A stretch of 64,000 bases of DNA from an uncultured Acidobacteriota bacterium (lineage in GTDB: Bacteria; Acidobacteriota; Thermoanaerobaculia; Gp7-AA8), in assembly GCA_963822445.1 (NCBI GenBank), contig CAWGHO010000002.1, positions 1,600,001 through 1,664,000 on the forward strand, given 5' to 3'. Both the position numbers and the translations under genes were made by a program. The notes beneath the pieces were generated by a model, which saw only the letters and a list, made by a program, of their open reading frames with translations, did not search any database and was not told the DNA's origin. Positions 60,051 through 64,000 of this stretch are shown here, piece after piece. Within the stretch, counting starts at the first letter, position 1. Each line of letters starts with the position of its first letter.

Positions 60051-61121
60051 ATGTACGAGAAACTCCAGGAAATCGAAAAGCGTTACCACGAGCTGCAGCG
60101 AAAAATCGAAGACCCTTCGATCGTGACGGACGTGTCCGCGTACCGCACGACCATGAAAGCCATCGCCGAGATCGAAGAGGTCGTGGAGAAGTTCCGCGAG
60201 CTGAAAGACGTCAAGAAGCGCCTCTCCGACGCCCGGGACATGCTCCGTTCCGACGACGACATGCGCGAGCTGGCGGAGATGGAGATCGCCGAGCTCGAGC
60301 CGAAAGAGCCGGCGCTCGAGCAACAGCTGCAGGTCCTCCTGCAGCCGAAGGATCCGAACGACGACAAGAACGTGTTCGTCGAGATCCGCGCCGGCACGGG
60401 CGGCGACGAGGCATCGCTGTTCGCCGCCGAGATCATGCGCATGTACATCCGCTACGCCGAGTCGCGCCGGTGGAAGGTGGACATGACCGACGCCAACTAC
60501 TCGTCGGTCAACGGCATCAAGGACGCCACGCTGCAGATCGAAGGGGATAAGGTCTACTCGCGGCTGAAGTTCGAGTCGGGTGTTCATCGCGTGCAGCGGG
60601 TGCCGACCACTGAGACGCAGGGCCGCATCCACACGTCCGCGATCACCGTGGCCGTGCTGCCCGAGGCTGAGGACATCGATATTCAGGTCGCGGAGAAAGA
60701 CCTGCGCATCGACACGTTCTGTTCGTCAGGTCCGGGCGGACAGTCGGTCAACACGACCTACTCCGCCGTACGCATGACCCACTTGCCCACGGGCGTGGTC
60801 GTTTCCTGCCAGGACGAAAAGTCGCAGATCAAGAACCGCGCGAAAGCGTTGAAGGTGCTCAAGGCCCGTCTGTACGACATCGAGCGGCAGAAGCGCGAGG
60901 CCGAGCTCTCAGCGACGCGCAAGGGGATGATCGGCTCCGGCGATCGCTCGGAGAAGATCCGCACCTACAACTTTCCGCAGGACCGCGTCACCGATCACCG
61001 CATCGGCCTGACCGTGCACAACCTGCCCGGGGTGATGGACGGGAATCTCGACGTGGTAATCGATCCGCTGATCAATCACTTCCAGGCGGAGAAGCTTCGG
61101 GAAGCCGTGGAGTCGCGGTAA
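60051..61121 (+). CDS. prfA: peptide chain release factor 1
   Basis: [21 protein letters not shown] (PxT), [15 protein letters not shown]. Confidence 0.98.
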   Translation: MYEKLQEIEKRYHELQRKIEDPSIVTDVSAYRTTMKAIAEIEEVVEKFRELKDVKKRLSDARDMLRSDDDMRELAEMEIAELEPKEPALEQQLQVLLQPKDPNDDKNVFVEIRAGTGGDEASLFAAEIMRMYIRYAESRRWKVDMTDANYSSVNGIKDATLQIEGDKVYSRLKFESGVHRVQRVPTTETQGRIHTSAITVAVLPEAEDIDIQVAEKDLRIDTFCSSGPGGQSVNTTYSAVRMTHLPTGVVVSCQDEKSQIKNRAKALKVLKARLYDIERQKREAELSATRKGMIGSGDRSEKIRTYNFPQDRVTDHRIGLTVHNLPGVMDGNLDVVIDPLINHFQAEKLREAVESR

Positions 61122-61142
61122 GCCGCATCTGACGGCGGGCTT

Positions 61143-61192
61143 GGAGCGCCACCGTCCCGGTGGCTGTTCCGCCGCCGTCCCGGCGGCACTCC
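61143..61192. repeat. GGAG-type inverted REP-like doublet
   Basis: GGAGCGCCACCGTCCCGGTGGC and an inverted GGAGTGCCGCCGGGACGGCGGC, each self-palindromic. Confidence 0.6.
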
Positions 61193-61236
61193 GCGGCATC
61201 ACTTGACTCTCTCTGCACGCGCACTCCACATCCGCC

Positions 61237-62550
61237 ATGTATTACCGGGCGGTGGTTCGCGTCCGCTTCCCATTTCCCGATCGCCCGCGCCTTTGGGGCG
61301 TAGCCGTCTCCCACTTTCAGGTCGAGGGCGGTGACGTCTGCGACTGGACGGAGTGGAAGCCGCGCGGCGGGCCATGCGGCGACGCGGTTGGATCGTGGCA
61401 ACGCTACGAAGCCGACGCGGTGCTCGCGCGGCAGGCCGGCGCGAACGCGTTCCGGTTCTCGATCGCCTGGAGCCGCGTCGAGCCGAGACCCGGAGAATTC
61501 GACGAGAGAGCGCTAGAGCGATACAGCCGTTTCGTCGATGCGCTGATCGCGTTGCGCATCGAGCCGGTGGTCACCCTCTTTCACTACACGCATCCGTCGT
61601 GGTTTCACGAAAAGTCGCCGTGGACATCGGTCAAATCGGTGCTCGAGTTCGGCCGGTTCGCGGGACGGGTCGCCGACGCGCTGGGCGATCGCGTCCGCTT
61701 CTGGATTCCGCTCAACGAGCCGCTGGTGTTCATCCTCGCGGGGTATCTGGACGGGCAGATTCCGCCGGGGATCTCCGACACCCGCACGCTCAATCGCGTC
61801 TTCGATCACATGCTCGCCGGGCATTGCGCGGCCGCTGCGGAGATCCGCACGCGCATACCGAATGCGGCAATCGGCGTCGCCCACAACATGATGGGCTTCG
61901 CGCCGGAACGGGAATCGAATCCGCTCGATGGCCTCCTCGCACGAACCGCGCACGCGATGTACAACCGCGGGATCATGGAGGCCTTCGCCACCGGCCGCTG
62001 GAAGTTCCTCCTGCCGCCGGGGACGACGATCCGCGGACGCCGCGATGAGCTGCCCGCCTACCTCGACACGTTCGGCATCAACTTCTACTCACGGCTTCAT
62101 CTCCGCTTCCCCGGCCGGACGCGCTTCGTCGGCGATTTCGACTATCACGACCGCACCGGTCACGGTCTGACCGACAACGGCTGGGAAATCGCGCCGCAGA
62201 GCCTCGGCGCCCTGATCGACGAGGCGGCACAGGCCGGCTTCCCGCTGGTCATCACCGAGAACGGCATCGCCGACGCGAGTGACCGGTTCCGGCCCGAGTT
62301 CCTGCGCATGCACGCGCGTGAGATCGCGCGTGCCGAGGAGCGGGGCATCCCGATTCACGGATACTTCCACTGGTCTCTCCTCGATAACTACGAGTGGCTG
62401 GAAGGGTTTGAGCCGAAGTTCGGCCTCTACGCGGTCGATCGCCGGACCATGGAGCGGACGCCGCGCCCTTCCGTTGACGTCTTCCGCCGCCTGGGTGCGG
62501 AGTTTCTTGACCGCCGCGTGCAGCAGTCTTTACACGTTGCACAAATCTAG
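61237..62550 (+). CDS. glycoside hydrolase family 1
   Basis: WGVAVSHFQVEG, RFSIAWSRV, LNEP acid/base, ITENG nucleophile, WSLLDNYEW; start uncertain. Confidence 0.93.
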   Translation: MYYRAVVRVRFPFPDRPRLWGVAVSHFQVEGGDVCDWTEWKPRGGPCGDAVGSWQRYEADAVLARQAGANAFRFSIAWSRVEPRPGEFDERALERYSRFVDALIALRIEPVVTLFHYTHPSWFHEKSPWTSVKSVLEFGRFAGRVADALGDRVRFWIPLNEPLVFILAGYLDGQIPPGISDTRTLNRVFDHMLAGHCAAAAEIRTRIPNAAIGVAHNMMGFAPERESNPLDGLLARTAHAMYNRGIMEAFATGRWKFLLPPGTTIRGRRDELPAYLDTFGINFYSRLHLRFPGRTRFVGDFDYHDRTGHGLTDNGWEIAPQSLGALIDEAAQAGFPLVITENGIADASDRFRPEFLRMHAREIARAEERGIPIHGYFHWSLLDNYEWLEGFEPKFGLYAVDRRTMERTPRPSVDVFRRLGAEFLDRRVQQSLHVAQI

Positions 62551-62579
62551 TTGCATCCCCCGGCTCGAAACTGCGAGCC

Positions 62580-63293
62580 ATGCTGCTAGCTGACTTTCAC
62601 ATTCACACCACCTGGTCGGACGGCAAGCTGTCGATCGCGGAGGTCGTCGACCTCTTCGGACGTTCCGGCCACGACGTCATCGCCATCACCGATCACGTGG
62701 TCAACACCGATTCGCTGATCGGCAAGGCCACGCATCGTTTCGGGCTGACCGTGACCGCGGAGAACTTCGCGGCCTACCGCACGGAGATCGAGCGTGAGAA
62801 GCACCGCGCCCTCGACCAGTACGGCATGGTCGTCATCGCCGGTTTCGAGCTCACCCAGAACTGCGTCACCCGACGCAATTCAGCCCACGTCCTGGCCCTC
62901 GGCGTGGACGAGTTCATTTCCGCCGACGGCACGGTCGAGGAGATGCTCGAGCGCGCGCAGCAGAAGAGCCGCATCGTCGTGGCCTGCCATCCGCACGAAC
63001 AGTCGGACTGGTTCTCGAATACGTTCTATCTCTGGAATCGGCGCAACGAGCTCGCCCATCTCATCGACCTCTGGGAAGTGGCCTGCCGCTTCGACCTCTT
63101 CCCGCCGGTTGCCCGCGCGAAGTATCCGTACATCGGCAACAGCGACTTTCATCGCGAGGAACACCTGTACGCGTGGAAGACGCTGGTGCCGTCCCGCAAG
63201 AACGAGCTGGCCATCTTTCGCACGCTCGAGCAGGGTGCGGGGCTGGCGGTGACTCGGCTGACCGCGCCGGCGCTCGTGGAGATCAGCGCGTGA
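62580..63293 (+). CDS. PHP-domain metallophosphoesterase
   Basis: DFHIHTTWSDG, AITDH, GFE, CHP, NSDFH. Confidence 0.88.
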   Translation: MLLADFHIHTTWSDGKLSIAEVVDLFGRSGHDVIAITDHVVNTDSLIGKATHRFGLTVTAENFAAYRTEIEREKHRALDQYGMVVIAGFELTQNCVTRRNSAHVLALGVDEFISADGTVEEMLERAQQKSRIVVACHPHEQSDWFSNTFYLWNRRNELAHLIDLWEVACRFDLFPPVARAKYPYIGNSDFHREEHLYAWKTLVPSRKNELAIFRTLEQGAGLAVTRLTAPALVEISA

Positions 63294-64000
63294 TCCTGGT
63301 TTTCATCGCACTGCTCCTCACGACCGCGCAGGCGCTGCTGACCTGGCGTTTTCGCAGGCACAAACACGCGCAGGCCACGGAGTTGCCGTTCATTTCGATT
63401 CTCAAGCCGGTCTGCGGTCTCGATGACGAACTGGAAGAGAACCTCCTCTCGTTCGTGCGATTGGAGGGCATGCGGTATGAGGTCATCGTCTCCGCCGAGG
63501 AGTGGGACGATCCGGCGCTGGATGTGGTGCGGCGGGTCGTGCGGCGCCATCCGAACGCGCCGTTCCGGGTCATCGTCGACGGCGGCTCGCGCAGCGGCGT
63601 GGTGAATCGAAAGGTCGAGCGCTTGATCGCCGCGGCGCGTGCGGCCGCGGGTGACATCTTCTTCATCTCCGACTCGAACGTGCGGGTCGCAGCGGACGAC
63701 ATCGCGAAGACCGTTGCGGCGTTCGCCGATCCGCGCGTCGGCTGCGTCTCCAATCTCTTCACCGGCGGCGGTGCCCGCACCGTCGGAGCGACGATCGAGT
63801 CCCTGCATCTGCTCGGATTCGTGGTTCCGGGCGTTGTACTGGCCGCCACATCCGGTGTGCCTTGCGTGGTCGGCAAATCGATGGCCATTTCACGGCGCGC
63901 TCACGACGCAGTGGGCGGCTTCGGACGTTTTGTGCGGGTGCTCGCGGAAGATCAGGCCATCGGACTCGCCGTGAAGAAGGCTGGATTCGAGGTCGTGCTC
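63290..64000 (+). CDS. ceramide glucosyltransferase / HpnI-like glycosyltransferase, 3'-truncated by window edge
   Basis: GTGA overlap; ISILKPVCG.D..LEENL, NRKV, ISDSNVRV, VGKSM, LAEDQ. Confidence 0.85.
   Translation, partial: MILVFIALLLTTAQALLTWRFRRHKHAQATELPFISILKPVCGLDDELEENLLSFVRLEGMRYEVIVSAEEWDDPALDVVRRVVRRHPNAPFRVIVDGGSRSGVVNRKVERLIAAARAAAGDIFFISDSNVRVAADDIAKTVAAFADPRVGCVSNLFTGGGARTVGATIESLHLLGFVVPGVVLAATSGVPCVVGKSMAISRRAHDAVGGFGRFVRVLAEDQAIGLAVKKAGFEVVL

Overview
GC-rich, gene-dense bacterial chromosome segment. The acidobacterial-type VWA protein, paired YfhO membrane proteins, kinase-TPR protein and general gene style suggest Acidobacteriota, possibly Thermoanaerobaculia (inference, not a database result). 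Content: cutA, two yfhO paralogs, a sulfite oxidase/cytochrome c pair, DNA repair genes (uvrA, Prim-Pol, ligC, nei, lhr, nth, mazG), a RAYT transposase with REPs, dnaB, hutU, a large phosphate regulon (porin, two pstS, pstCAB, phoU, phoBR, DUF47, pit), rpmE-DUF1385-prfA, and a GH1/PHP/glycosyltransferase cluster running off the end. No rRNA, tRNA or CRISPR array was recognised. Best candidate for a new system: 17816-18734, where two same-strand ORFs start 7 nt apart in different frames. Both are Lys-rich and histone-like; one ends in a Doc-antitoxin-like helix, the other in a Fic/Doc domain lacking the catalytic His. Codon choice suggests both frames are under selection, and a dnaX-type slippery site links them. 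Also notable: four sequence-unrelated inverted 7/8-mer tandem arrays, an inverted element carrying outward -10 boxes for two divergent genes, paired DnaA boxes before dnaB, and putative Pho boxes before unknown genes. Many single-base frameshifts at 20.7-25.3 kb and one at 12.7 kb are probably assembly errors. All calls are by eye; no searches were run.
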